DNA of 64,000 bases from Candidatus Woesearchaeota archaeon (GTDB taxonomy: Archaea; Nanobdellota; Nanobdellia; Woesearchaeales; JABIAG01): positions 1 to 64,000 of the forward strand of contig JABIAG010000003.1 in the NCBI GenBank assembly GCA_018653365.1. The letters run 5' to 3'. Shown here in pieces: positions 18,640 to 27,955 of the stretch. Below the pieces are notes generated by a model that was given only the letters and a program-made list of their open reading frames with translations, was not told the origin of the DNA and ran no database searches. Positions within the stretch are counted from its first letter, which is position 1. Each line of letters begins with the position of its first letter. Both the position numbers and the translations under genes were made by a program.

Positions 18640-19692
18640 ATGAAAAAAGTTTTCTTTGATTCTAAAAAAGGAGCCAAACTTCAGGTCGAAAATCTGGATG
18701 ATTTATGGTACTTAAGTCAGTTGATGGATCCTGGAGATCAGCTAAGAGGAAAAGCATATAGAAAAATTAAATTATCCTCTTCCGCTGAAAAATCTAAGGT
18801 CGAGAAAAAACCAATTACTTTAACTATTTGTGTTGAAAAGGTTGATTTGTCTGATTCAAGTTTAAAGGTTAATGGCACTGTTTTAACTCCAACTGAGGAC
18901 ATTCCGAAGGGATCCTATCAGTCTATTACTTTAGAACCCTCTTCTATTTTAACATTAAACAAGTCTACCTGGTTTAAGTTTCAAACTGAACGATTAAACG
19001 AGGCCTGTTCTCAAAAGATCAAAGGGATTTTAATTGTAGTTTTGGATCGTGAAACCGCAATTTTTGCACTTACAAAGAATTATGGTTATGATGTTTTGGC
19101 TAAATTGGATGGTGATGTTCAGAAGAAGGATGAGCGTAATGTTGCCAAATCTTCTTTTTATGATGATGTAATTAAAGCAATTCAAACCTATTTATCAAGG
19201 TATAAGTTGGATTCAGTTATTGTTGCATCTCCTGCTTTTTGGAAAGAAGAACTTTTGAAGCGAGTATCTCCCGAATTGAAAAAGAAAATTGTTGTTGCTA
19301 CTGTTCATTCAGTTGATGAATCTTCTATTAAGGAAGTTTTGAGGCGTGACGAAATTCAATCTATATTAAAAGAGGAAAGAATTTCTAAAGAGATGGTTGT
19401 TATTGATCAACTATTGAAAGAGATTTCTAAAAACGGGCGAGCAGTTTATGGAATTCGTGATGTTTCTAAAGCTTCTGATGTTGGTGCTATTGAAACACTT
19501 TTAATTACTGATTCTAAAATTAAAGAGCATAGAGATAAAGATAATTATGAAAAGGTTGATAACATTTTGAAGTCTGTTGATTCTTTGAAAGGCAACATTC
19601 ATATTATTAGTTCTAAAAATGATGCAGGTAAAAAGTTAAATGGTCTCACTGGAATTGCTGCTATTCTTCGTTACAAACTCAATCTAGAATAA
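18640..19692 (+). CDS. pelA: Pelota ribosome-rescue factor
   Basis: ENLDDLWYL, VASPAFWK, AVYG, GIAAILRY; probable start at ATG 18640 after a TATA box. Confidence 0.93.
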   Translation: MKKVFFDSKKGAKLQVENLDDLWYLSQLMDPGDQLRGKAYRKIKLSSSAEKSKVEKKPITLTICVEKVDLSDSSLKVNGTVLTPTEDIPKGSYQSITLEPSSILTLNKSTWFKFQTERLNEACSQKIKGILIVVLDRETAIFALTKNYGYDVLAKLDGDVQKKDERNVAKSSFYDDVIKAIQTYLSRYKLDSVIVASPAFWKEELLKRVSPELKKKIVVATVHSVDESSIKEVLRRDEIQSILKEERISKEMVVIDQLLKEISKNGRAVYGIRDVSKASDVGAIETLLITDSKIKEHRDKDNYEKVDNILKSVDSLKGNIHIISSKNDAGKKLNGLTGIAAILRYKLNLE

Positions 19693-19830
19693 CCCTGTTC
19701 TATCACTATATTTGCATTATCCAAATATTTAAAAAGCAAATTTAATAACAACTATTGAAGGGTGAAAATCGTAACATATAAATAGTAGTACTGGATTAAG
19801 TTTTTTAATAAAGGGGTGGGGTGAAACTAC

Positions 19831-20646
19831 ATGATTGTTAAAGAAGAATTTTTGAGTAAACTACGAAGGTATTTTGCGTTAAATCTTTATGAGGTTAAGA
19901 TTTGGACTGCTTTGCTTTCTAGAGGGGTTTCTACCGCGGGTGAATTATCTGATATTGCTGATGTTCCAAGAAGTAGAAGTTATGACGTTCTTGAGAGTTT
20001 AGAGAAAAAAGGTTTCATTATCACTAAAATTGGTAAGCCAATTCGTTATATTGCAGTTTCTCCTGCTGAAGTTGTTGAGCGTGTTAAAGTTAATCTTAAA
20101 AACGATGCTGATGAGAAAGTAAAATATCTTGAAGAGCTTAAAACAACTGATGTTCTAAAAGAGTTAAACAATTTACACACTCAAGGTATAGAATTAGTTG
20201 AGCCGTCTGAACTTTCAGGTAGTTTGAAAGGGAGACATAACTTATACAATCATTTAGAATTAACAATTAGGGGTGCTGAAAAGTCTGTTGCTATTTTAAC
20301 AACCACTCAAGGATTTATTCGAAAAATTGAGGGATTAAAGCCTACGTTTGAAAAACTTAAAAAGCGGGGTGTTCAGATTAAAATTGCTGCTCCTTTAACT
20401 AAAGAGTGTAAGGCCGCAATTAAAGATCTTGGTAATCTGGCAGAGATTAAGAATACTGATATTCCGGGTAGATTTGCAATCATTGATGGTAAAGAGATCA
20501 TATTCATGATTTTGAATGATACTGATGTTCATCCAACTTACGATACAGGGATTTGGGTTAACACTCCTTTCTTTGCTAGTTCTATGGAGAACATGTTTAA
20601 TGCTAGTTGGGATTCAATGGAAGATGCAAGTAAGATTATGAAGTAA
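19831..20646 (+). CDS. TrmB-family transcriptional regulator
   Basis: LNLYEVKIWTALL...VPRSRSYDVLESLEKKGF winged HTH plus PLD-like C-terminal domain; Shine-Dalgarno-like GGGGTGA upstream. Confidence 0.9.
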   Translation: MIVKEEFLSKLRRYFALNLYEVKIWTALLSRGVSTAGELSDIADVPRSRSYDVLESLEKKGFIITKIGKPIRYIAVSPAEVVERVKVNLKNDADEKVKYLEELKTTDVLKELNNLHTQGIELVEPSELSGSLKGRHNLYNHLELTIRGAEKSVAILTTTQGFIRKIEGLKPTFEKLKKRGVQIKIAAPLTKECKAAIKDLGNLAEIKNTDIPGRFAIIDGKEIIFMILNDTDVHPTYDTGIWVNTPFFASSMENMFNASWDSMEDASKIMK

Positions 20647-20705
20647 GAACTTATTTCTTTTTTTATTAATTAAATTTATATAATCTGTTCTTCTTAATCA
20701 TTTAG

Positions 20706-22718
20706 ATGAACAAAACATTTAAGGTATTATTTCTATTTTTATTTTTAACTATTTTTATAGTTGGTTGCAAAAGAACTGATTTTGGCGATTGGCAAAACCT
20801 AGTTGAATCAGAGGTTAAAGATTTAGAAGTTTTTGAAGTATCAATAAAAGTAGTGGATCTCTTAGGACATGCAGTTAGTAATGCCAATGTAAGATTGTAT
20901 AATCAAGATCATTCAATCTTTTTCCCAATAAATACTAATCCTGAAGAGTTTGAGGGAAAACAGTGCAATAAAGTATTTTTTGACGATAATTTTTATGCTA
21001 AAACTAATTCTAATGGAATTGCAAGAGTTAAGATTACTAAAGGAGATTATTTGTTACAAGCATTTAAAGTTGAAAACAAATATGCTTTATATCTTGAAAA
21101 AGACATTCTTTTAGACCGATCTCAAGAGGTAGAGTTGAGAGCTGAACGTGAACAAAAATTAAATGTGTTTGTTGATGGGGTACAATTAGAAAATTTCGAA
21201 GCCTGGATAACTCATAAAAACCAAAAACCTGCTTTCCCCCCATTTTATCTTGATTGGGTTGAAGCTGATTTAATGATTCAAACCTCTCCCTCTACTCAAG
21301 CATCTATTATAATTACAAAGAGACCTTCTGAAAACTTAGCTGGTTATGTTATTTCTGAAGATTTGACCCGCACAACTGAGAATGTGATGATTGTACGTTC
21401 TAGTATGAATCTAGCAGAACTATCTTTTGAGTCTTTTAATGGAAATAACCAACCTGAATCAATTGGTTCGGTTTATCTAAACTTTGTTGATTTTTATTTA
21501 AACAATTTTGGTACTGATTTTGATTTAAATAATGGAAATAAGATCTTGCTTGATCCACAAACAATTAGAGTCTGGTTTAGGTTAGATAAAGGGGGGCAGA
21601 GTTTTTCATTATATAAAAAAGGAGGTCATGTTGTAGAGCTTAAGCGAGGGGGGAAAAAGAAGTTCAATTTTGGTGGCCCTTTTGATCTAAAGTTAGAAAT
21701 AGCATCATTCAACCCTAAAATTCATGCCTCTAGAAATTATGTCTGGTTTGTTGTTAAAGATTATTATGGCAATTATGTTAATGATTATAGAACAATAAAC
21801 CCTTCAGCTCCAAAGGTTACCATAAAAGAGAACAATGCAGTAGTGTTTGATTCGCCTCTTGAAAACAATTATCCCGATATTCACATGGATGTAAGAAACA
21901 ATGTTTATTTTGATAATTTTGAGAACTATGTTGTATCTTTTAGTGAGGATTTTCATGAGTTTGGTTCAATTAGTTTGGTTGAGGAACCAATGCAAAATTT
22001 GAGAATGCCATTGTTAACTTTTGAGTCTGAAAATTTAGAGTTCATTTTACCTAAAGAATTAGAATTCTTAAAAGATGATTGGACCTCAAATTTTCAACAT
22101 TTTTATGATAAAATGGCTCAACTTTATGAGGTTAGAACTCAGGAAAAAGTTCCGGTTAGAGTGGTAGTGGATGGTGCAGATAAAGCATGGGCCCCAATTA
22201 TTTGGCCCCTGGTTGCTTTTGAACATGATACAAGAAATTATCAAGCCTGGTTTATGATCGTACATGAGATAGGCCATCCTTTTACTGGTAACAAGCCAAT
22301 AAGTTGTAAGAATGATTGTCCTTATAATGAAGAATCAAAAGCAAGTTATTCTGGAATATCTGCAGCAATAGGTGTAAACCCAATTGTTGGGGAGTCTATT
22401 AAAGCTAAATACCCGTTATCATTCAAGCATTTAACTGATCAAAGTGTTTGTTTTGATCGGATTGAGGTTATTCAAACATTGATGTTATACCTTGATGAAA
22501 AGTATCCCTCTTCAAAGCCCTCTGTTCAGTTAATAAAAAATTGGGCAGAGTATCAAGAGGTCTATGATGAATTAATAAGATTAGGTTATAACCATGATGA
22601 AGCTTATTGTGCACTTTATTCAATGGTTGTTAATAAAAACCTAGGTCCTGTATTTGAGAAGTTTGGCTTGGTTAGAAAACAAAGAGTTACCAATGCTCTA
22701 AAAGATATTTCTTCATAA
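20706..22718 (+). CDS. Putative lipoprotein with C-terminal gluzincin-type Zn metallopeptidase domain
   Basis: Lipobox IVGC; N-terminal beta-sandwich; VHEIGH followed by NEESKA as a candidate third ligand. Confidence 0.65.
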   Translation: MNKTFKVLFLFLFLTIFIVGCKRTDFGDWQNLVESEVKDLEVFEVSIKVVDLLGHAVSNANVRLYNQDHSIFFPINTNPEEFEGKQCNKVFFDDNFYAKTNSNGIARVKITKGDYLLQAFKVENKYALYLEKDILLDRSQEVELRAEREQKLNVFVDGVQLENFEAWITHKNQKPAFPPFYLDWVEADLMIQTSPSTQASIIITKRPSENLAGYVISEDLTRTTENVMIVRSSMNLAELSFESFNGNNQPESIGSVYLNFVDFYLNNFGTDFDLNNGNKILLDPQTIRVWFRLDKGGQSFSLYKKGGHVVELKRGGKKKFNFGGPFDLKLEIASFNPKIHASRNYVWFVVKDYYGNYVNDYRTINPSAPKVTIKENNAVVFDSPLENNYPDIHMDVRNNVYFDNFENYVVSFSEDFHEFGSISLVEEPMQNLRMPLLTFESENLEFILPKELEFLKDDWTSNFQHFYDKMAQLYEVRTQEKVPVRVVVDGADKAWAPIIWPLVAFEHDTRNYQAWFMIVHEIGHPFTGNKPISCKNDCPYNEESKASYSGISAAIGVNPIVGESIKAKYPLSFKHLTDQSVCFDRIEVIQTLMLYLDEKYPSSKPSVQLIKNWAEYQEVYDELIRLGYNHDEAYCALYSMVVNKNLGPVFEKFGLVRKQRVTNALKDISS

Positions 22719-22732
22719 GTGTAACCATAACC

Positions 22733-22741
22733 TTTTTATAT
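22733..22741 (+). promoter_or_regulatory. TATA box of the leader-pheS-pheT transcript
   Basis: TTTTTATAT about 22 nt before ATG 22763, the same spacing as at other leaderless genes in the window (e.g. 11044). Confidence 0.6.
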
Positions 22742-22762
22742 TTCTTTTTTCTTCTTTATTGT

Positions 22763-22825
22763 ATGAAACACCTAAACCAGTTTGCAGTTAGTTTTGGTTT
22801 AGATAGCGCTTTCTTCTTTTTTTAG
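22763..22825 (+). CDS. Putative Phe-rich leader peptide of pheST (MKHLNQFAVSFGLDSAFFFF)
   Basis: 20 codons, 6 Phe, ending TTC TTC TTT TTT TAG, 88 nt before pheS; complementary to downstream leader sequence. Confidence 0.7.
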   Translation: MKHLNQFAVSFGLDSAFFFF

Positions 22826-22913
22826 TTGACGGATTTAGATTTTACTAAGTCCAAAAGAATAAAACTAGAAGAAATGCTAAAACTTTAAATAAAACATAGC
22901 CACACTAAATAAA

Positions 22914-24431
22914 ATGGATACAACACAACTTATAGAATCATTGCATCCTTTGGAGATTAAGGTACTCCCCTCTCTAAAGAAATATTCCAAGTTTGAATAC
23001 TTAGTTAAAGATTCTAATTTAAAAGATGTCGAAGTTATGCGTGCTTTGCAATGGCTTGAGAACAAAAAAGCACTGGTTATTAGCAAAGAAGAAAAAGAGT
23101 TAGTGGAATTGGATGTTAATGGAACCGCATATATTAAAGTTGGCCTTCCTGAAAAGCGGTTACTTACTGAATTAAGCAAAGGACCTAAAACATTAAACGA
23201 GATAAATTCATTAGAAAAACAAGAGATTGGGATTGCTATTGGAGCATTAAAACAAAAGGCAGCCATCTTGATGGATCAAGGAAAACTTAGTATAACTCCT
23301 CAAGGTACATCATTGTTAGAAAAAGAGTCTTTAGAAGAGTTGTTTCTTAAAAAATCATTTCCGTTAGAAACTTCCACACTTAAAGAAGAAGAAGTATTTG
23401 CTCTAAACAATCTAAAAAAGCGTAAGCAGATCATAAAAGTAGAAAAGCGTAAACTTATCACTATTGAATTAACAGATATTGGTAAAGAATTAGTTTCTAA
23501 AGAAATAAAAGTAGGAGAGCTAATTGATAGACTTACCCCCGAACTTATCAAGTCGGGTAAGTGGAAAGATAAAAAGTTCAGAAGGTATGATGTTTCTATT
23601 AACGTTCCTCAAATTGATGGGGGTAAACGCCATTTTGTTTCTCAAGCTTTAGAGTATGCTAAACAAGTGTGGATGGATATGGGCTTTAAAGAGATGGTTG
23701 GACAAAAGATTCAGACCTCTTTTTGGAATTTTGATACTTTATTCACTCCGCAAGATCATCCGGTTAGAGAAATGCAAGATACGTTTTTTATTAAAACAGT
23801 TGAGAAAGGTTCTTTACCAAAAGATAAAAAATTGATTGCTGCTGTTAAGGATGCTCATGAAAATGGAGTTCAAGGTAATCATGGGTGGGGTGGAGTTTGG
23901 AGTGAGGAAATTGCTAAAACTAATATTTTAAGACCACATACAACCTGTCTTTCTTCAAAGACATTATCAAAATTAAAAAAGGAAGATATGCCTGCTAAAT
24001 TTTTTGCGTTAGGAAGATGTTTCCGTAATGAATCTTTGGATTGGTCTCATTTATTTGAGTTTAACCAAACTGAAGGAATTGTTGTTGATCCTGATGCAAC
24101 TTTTAGAAACTTATTAGGTTATTTAAAACAATTTTTTAAGAAGATGGGTTTTGAAAAAGCAAGATTTAGACCTGCTTTTTTTCCATATACTGAACCTAGT
24201 GTTGAAATAGATGTATTTCATCCTGTTCATAAAACTTGGTTAGAACTAGGTGGTGCTGGAATGTTCAGACCTGAATTAACAATTCCACTTTTAGGAGAAG
24301 AAATTCCTGTACTTGCCTGGGGTCCTGGTTTTGATAGAATATTAATGGGTTATTATGAAATAAATGATATGAGAGAACTTTACTCCAATGATTTAGAACA
24401 ATTAAGAAAGATTAAAGCGTGGAATAAATAA
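22914..24431 (+). CDS. pheS: Phenylalanine-tRNA ligase alpha subunit (archaeal type)
   Basis: FWNFD, HPVREMQDTF, GRCFRNE, FFPYTEPS, ELGGAGMFRP. Confidence 0.97.
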   Translation: MDTTQLIESLHPLEIKVLPSLKKYSKFEYLVKDSNLKDVEVMRALQWLENKKALVISKEEKELVELDVNGTAYIKVGLPEKRLLTELSKGPKTLNEINSLEKQEIGIAIGALKQKAAILMDQGKLSITPQGTSLLEKESLEELFLKKSFPLETSTLKEEEVFALNNLKKRKQIIKVEKRKLITIELTDIGKELVSKEIKVGELIDRLTPELIKSGKWKDKKFRRYDVSINVPQIDGGKRHFVSQALEYAKQVWMDMGFKEMVGQKIQTSFWNFDTLFTPQDHPVREMQDTFFIKTVEKGSLPKDKKLIAAVKDAHENGVQGNHGWGGVWSEEIAKTNILRPHTTCLSSKTLSKLKKEDMPAKFFALGRCFRNESLDWSHLFEFNQTEGIVVDPDATFRNLLGYLKQFFKKMGFEKARFRPAFFPYTEPSVEIDVFHPVHKTWLELGGAGMFRPELTIPLLGEEIPVLAWGPGFDRILMGYYEINDMRELYSNDLEQLRKIKAWNK

Positions 24432-24432
24432 A

Positions 24433-26085
24433 ATGCCAACTGTAAAACTAAATAAAGAAGTATTTGAAAAGCTTGTGGGTAAGAAACTACCTATCGATAA
24501 ACTTAAAGATCGTATTTCTATGTTGGGTACAGATCTTGATGGTATTGAAGGAAATGAAATTAATGTTGAAGTTTTCCCTAATCGTCCGGACATGCTTTCA
24601 GAGCAGGGTTTTGCTAGAGCATTTGCTTCTTTTATTGAAACCAAACCGGGTTTAAGGGATTACAATGTTGAATCTTCTGGTGAAAAAATAATTATTGATA
24701 AAAGTGTAACTGATGTTCGACCATTTACTGCATGTGCTATTGTTAGAGGTTTAAAGTTTGATGATGAGACTATTAAAGAGGTTATCCAACTTCAAGAAAA
24801 ACTTCATATTACTTATGGTAGAAACAGAAAGAAGCTTGCCATTGGTATTTATCCTATGGAAAAAATTAATTTTCCAGTTACTTTTTTTGCTGAAGATCCA
24901 AAAAAGGTTAAGTTTCAACCGTTAGAATATCCTTCTGAGTTGGATGGTTTGCAAATTTTAAGTAAACATCCTAAAGGGAGAGATTATGCTGATCAACTTG
25001 AGGGAATGGACAAATTTCCTTTTTTCAAGGATGCGGATAATAAGATTTTGTCTATGCCCCCAATAATTAACTCTCACGATGTTGGTAAAATAGATGAAAA
25101 CACCAAAGATGTTTTTATTGAGTGTTCGGGTTTTGATTTTGAGTATCAGAAAACTGGTTTGAATATGATTGTTACGGCTCTTGCTGATATGGGTGGGAAA
25201 ATCTTCAGCTTAGAACTTGATTTTGGAGATAAAAAGGTTACAACTCCTGATCTTTCTCCCAAAGAGTGGGACCTGGATGTTGCTTATATTAACAAACGGT
25301 TGGGTGTAGAGCTTACTGAGAAAGAGTTAACACATCTTCTGGCAAAGATGGGTCATGATTATAAGAACGGTAAGGTTCTCTCTCCGGCGTATAGGAATGA
25401 TATTATTCATCCGGTTGATTTTGTTGAGGAGGTTGCTATTGCTTATGGTTATGAAAACTTTGAACCCGAAATTCCTGATGTGGCTACTCTTGGTGAAGAA
25501 CATCCTTTTGAGAAGTTTAAGAAGAACATTGCTCGAAGTCTGACTGGATTAAGGTTACTTGAGACTGATACTTATAATTTGACTAGTAAAGAAACTCAGA
25601 ATGTTAAGATGCTTACTGATTTAGATCTTATAGAATTAAAAAGTGCAGTAAACAATGAGTATAATGTTCTTAGGGCCTGGCTGATTCCTAGTTTGATGGA
25701 TGTTTTACATAATAATCTTAATCGTGAATATCCCCAGAACATTTTTGGTATTGGTACTGTATTCAAAAAGGGCGATACTGAAACTGGCATTGAAGAATCA
25801 GACAGCCTGACAGTTACGTTGTGTGATGAATCCGCTGATTTTACTAGTATCAAGCAAGTTCTTGATTATTTGTTAAGAATGTTGGATGTTAAATACGAAG
25901 TTAAAGAGGCAGATCATCCTTCAGCTATCCCTGGAAGGGTGGGTGACGTGTTTGTTGATGCTAAACGGGTTGGATTTGTTGCAGAGGTTCATCCTCAAGT
26001 TTTAGAAAACTTTAGTTTAACTAATCCTGTTGCTATTTTGGAATTGGATTTAACAGAATTGTTCGAATTAATTAATAAAAAATAA
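24433..26085 (+). CDS. pheT: Phenylalanine-tRNA ligase beta subunit
   Basis: PNRPDMLS, QEKLH, SMPPIINS, RNDIIHPVDFVEEVAIAYGY. Confidence 0.97.
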   Translation: MPTVKLNKEVFEKLVGKKLPIDKLKDRISMLGTDLDGIEGNEINVEVFPNRPDMLSEQGFARAFASFIETKPGLRDYNVESSGEKIIIDKSVTDVRPFTACAIVRGLKFDDETIKEVIQLQEKLHITYGRNRKKLAIGIYPMEKINFPVTFFAEDPKKVKFQPLEYPSELDGLQILSKHPKGRDYADQLEGMDKFPFFKDADNKILSMPPIINSHDVGKIDENTKDVFIECSGFDFEYQKTGLNMIVTALADMGGKIFSLELDFGDKKVTTPDLSPKEWDLDVAYINKRLGVELTEKELTHLLAKMGHDYKNGKVLSPAYRNDIIHPVDFVEEVAIAYGYENFEPEIPDVATLGEEHPFEKFKKNIARSLTGLRLLETDTYNLTSKETQNVKMLTDLDLIELKSAVNNEYNVLRAWLIPSLMDVLHNNLNREYPQNIFGIGTVFKKGDTETGIEESDSLTVTLCDESADFTSIKQVLDYLLRMLDVKYEVKEADHPSAIPGRVGDVFVDAKRVGFVAEVHPQVLENFSLTNPVAILELDLTELFELINKK

Positions 26086-26093
26086 AAAAATAC

Positions 26094-26279
26094 TTATTTC
26101 TTTTTTTCGAATAATCCCATGAATATTCCTAGTATAACCATTACTACGGCAATTGGTACTACTACCCACATCTGTTCTGATGCTAGTATTGCTAGTAATG
26201 CCACTATTACTATTAATGGTATTCCTACTGCCCAGGTTATAGCTGCAAATTCATCACAACATTTTTTTCTTTTTAGCAT
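26094..26279 (-). CDS. Small two-TM membrane protein
   Basis: Two hydrophobic helices; GAGGTGA SD upstream of ATG 26279. Confidence 0.6.
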   Translation of the reverse strand: MLKRKKCCDEFAAITWAVGIPLIVIVALLAILASEQMWVVVPIAVVMVILGIFMGLFEKKK

Positions 26280-26335
26280 ATTAATCACCTCTAATATAAT
26301 AAAAAGAAAATAATTTAGAACGTATTTAAACTTAT

Positions 26336-26860
26336 CTATTTCTTCTCATCCTTTAAAGCAGCAACCTTTTCTACTTTTTCCTTGGCATCCACTTTAGCAT
26401 CCTTAACTTCTGTTTTAGCTTCTACCTTTGCCTTTGTTTCTGTTTTTACAGTTTCTTTGGCATCTGCCTTTGACTCTTCAGCTTTTACTGCTGCTTCTAA
26501 CTTAGATTCTTTTTCCGGCATTTCTTTAGCATATTTTTCTTTTTTAACTTTTTTCTGTGCTGCTTTTTCTTCTGCAGTTTTTCCTTTTCTTATTTTTTTA
26601 GGTCGTTCAGTAGCTTTTTTAGGTTTTGTTTCCCAAACATCTAATTTTAGTTTCTTAAATGCGCCAATAACGTCAGAATGTGAAGCTTTTTTCTTAATAT
26701 CTATTGTTTCTTTTAGTGGAATTAAATGGATTTTATTGCATTTTCTTCTTCTTACATTTCCATCAATTGTTACAAAGTTTTTGTCTAGAACTTCTACGAT
26801 TACACATTTTTTGCCTGCATCTCTGCCTGCAAGTTTAACACACATTTGGCCTTCTTTCAT
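26336..26860 (-). CDS. rpl14e: 50S ribosomal protein L14e with long Lys/Glu/Ala tail
   Basis: GQMCVKLAGRDAGKKCVIV...VRRRKCN KOW motif. Confidence 0.93.
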   Translation of the reverse strand: MKEGQMCVKLAGRDAGKKCVIVEVLDKNFVTIDGNVRRRKCNKIHLIPLKETIDIKKKASHSDVIGAFKKLKLDVWETKPKKATERPKKIRKGKTAEEKAAQKKVKKEKYAKEMPEKESKLEAAVKAEESKADAKETVKTETKAKVEAKTEVKDAKVDAKEKVEKVAALKDEKK

Positions 26861-26901
26861 TTTTTGTTTCTCCTGTTTCAGTTATTATAGCAGTAGTTGC
26901 C

Positions 26902-27168
26902 TTATTGCCCTGAAACTTTACTTTTTATTTTAGCTCTTGTACATTTACTGCACAAGTTTCCGCCATATGGTCTTTCGGGTCTTTTTTCAGTTTTAGCTAA
27001 TTTCTTAATTTTAGCAGGTATATCTCTTGGTGTACCCATAAGTTTAGCACCACAGCTACATTTTGCTGCTTTTGGTTTTCTTTTTTTGAAATGTACAGTA
27101 GTCTTTCCGCCAGGGGTTTTTACAAATATTCGCCTTAGGCTTCTTGACTTCTTTTTTCCTTCAACCAT
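26902..27168 (-). CDS. rpl34e: 50S ribosomal protein L34e
   Basis: KTPGG, CSCG, RPERPYGGNLCSKC. Confidence 0.96.
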   Translation of the reverse strand: MVEGKKKSRSLRRIFVKTPGGKTTVHFKKRKPKAAKCSCGAKLMGTPRDIPAKIKKLAKTEKRPERPYGGNLCSKCTRAKIKSKVSGQ

Positions 27169-27316
27169 GTTTAACAGAACTCCTAATCTCTTTATAAAGC
27201 TTTTGTCTGAAGGACTTAAGTTTTATGCTCAAAACAATGCGTTTTTGTCGAGGAAGTTATGGGATGTTGGTTTTTAATAACGATATTTTTAAAAAGGAGT
27301 GCACTCTTTTTTTGTT

Positions 27317-27955
27317 ATGACCTTACGTGTTAGAGACTCGGGTTGGACTTGTGCGTCTGCAGTTCAGGCAGGTGTTGCGGGTGCAAGTTCGCAAGCAGAA
27401 TGGCAAGCACACCTTATTGGGCAAGATGTTAGAGAGGGAGAGGTTTATTCTCAAACGTTTAAGTTGGTGGGTGTTGAAGATGGTTGGAATGTTCTAGCTT
27501 TCTTATATTGTACTGGTCGTCCGCTTTGCACTGATGAAAATTTTTTAAGTTGGCCAGCTAATTCTGGTTCGTATCATTCTGAGTTACGAAAGTTTCCAGT
27601 TTCAGGTAACAAACCAGGTTTGGTTCAAAAACGAGATGCTAAGGGAGTAAAAGTGGTTAAATCTGGTGAGCCGGTTATGGTTCAGGGTGAAGTTTCTATT
27701 TCTGATGATGAACTTAGTGAACGTTTTCAGACTGTTCACGACCGTTTAACAGAATTACTTCCTTGTTTAGAGGCCGCGTTGGGTGAGTCTGTTGATTCGT
27801 CTTTAAAACCCAAGCCAAGAATTTATTCTAGTGCTAGTCCTGAACCTTATAATGGACCTTTACCTAATTTAGTTCAAGGACGGTTGTTTAGATCTGATGG
27901 TGCTACAGTTAAGCCCTGTTTTGATTATAAGCATGATTCTCTTAGGCTAACTTAA
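27317..27955 (+). CDS. Hypothetical protein, opposite strand within the ribosomal cluster
   Basis: 212-aa ORF with own TATA-like TTTTAAAA about 25 nt upstream; no recognised motif. Confidence 0.6.
   Translation: MTLRVRDSGWTCASAVQAGVAGASSQAEWQAHLIGQDVREGEVYSQTFKLVGVEDGWNVLAFLYCTGRPLCTDENFLSWPANSGSYHSELRKFPVSGNKPGLVQKRDAKGVKVVKSGEPVMVQGEVSISDDELSERFQTVHDRLTELLPCLEAALGESVDSSLKPKPRIYSSASPEPYNGPLPNLVQGRLFRSDGATVKPCFDYKHDSLRLT

Noticed and set aside
19700-19720. TrmB (TGM-like) operator upstream of the trmB-family gene
   Set aside because: Only one TATCAC half-site, with no matching GTGATA at the expected spacing.
26119-26313. Plus-strand 64-aa ORF
   Set aside because: It is antisense to the minus-strand membrane ORF, which has an SD and a clear TM pattern.
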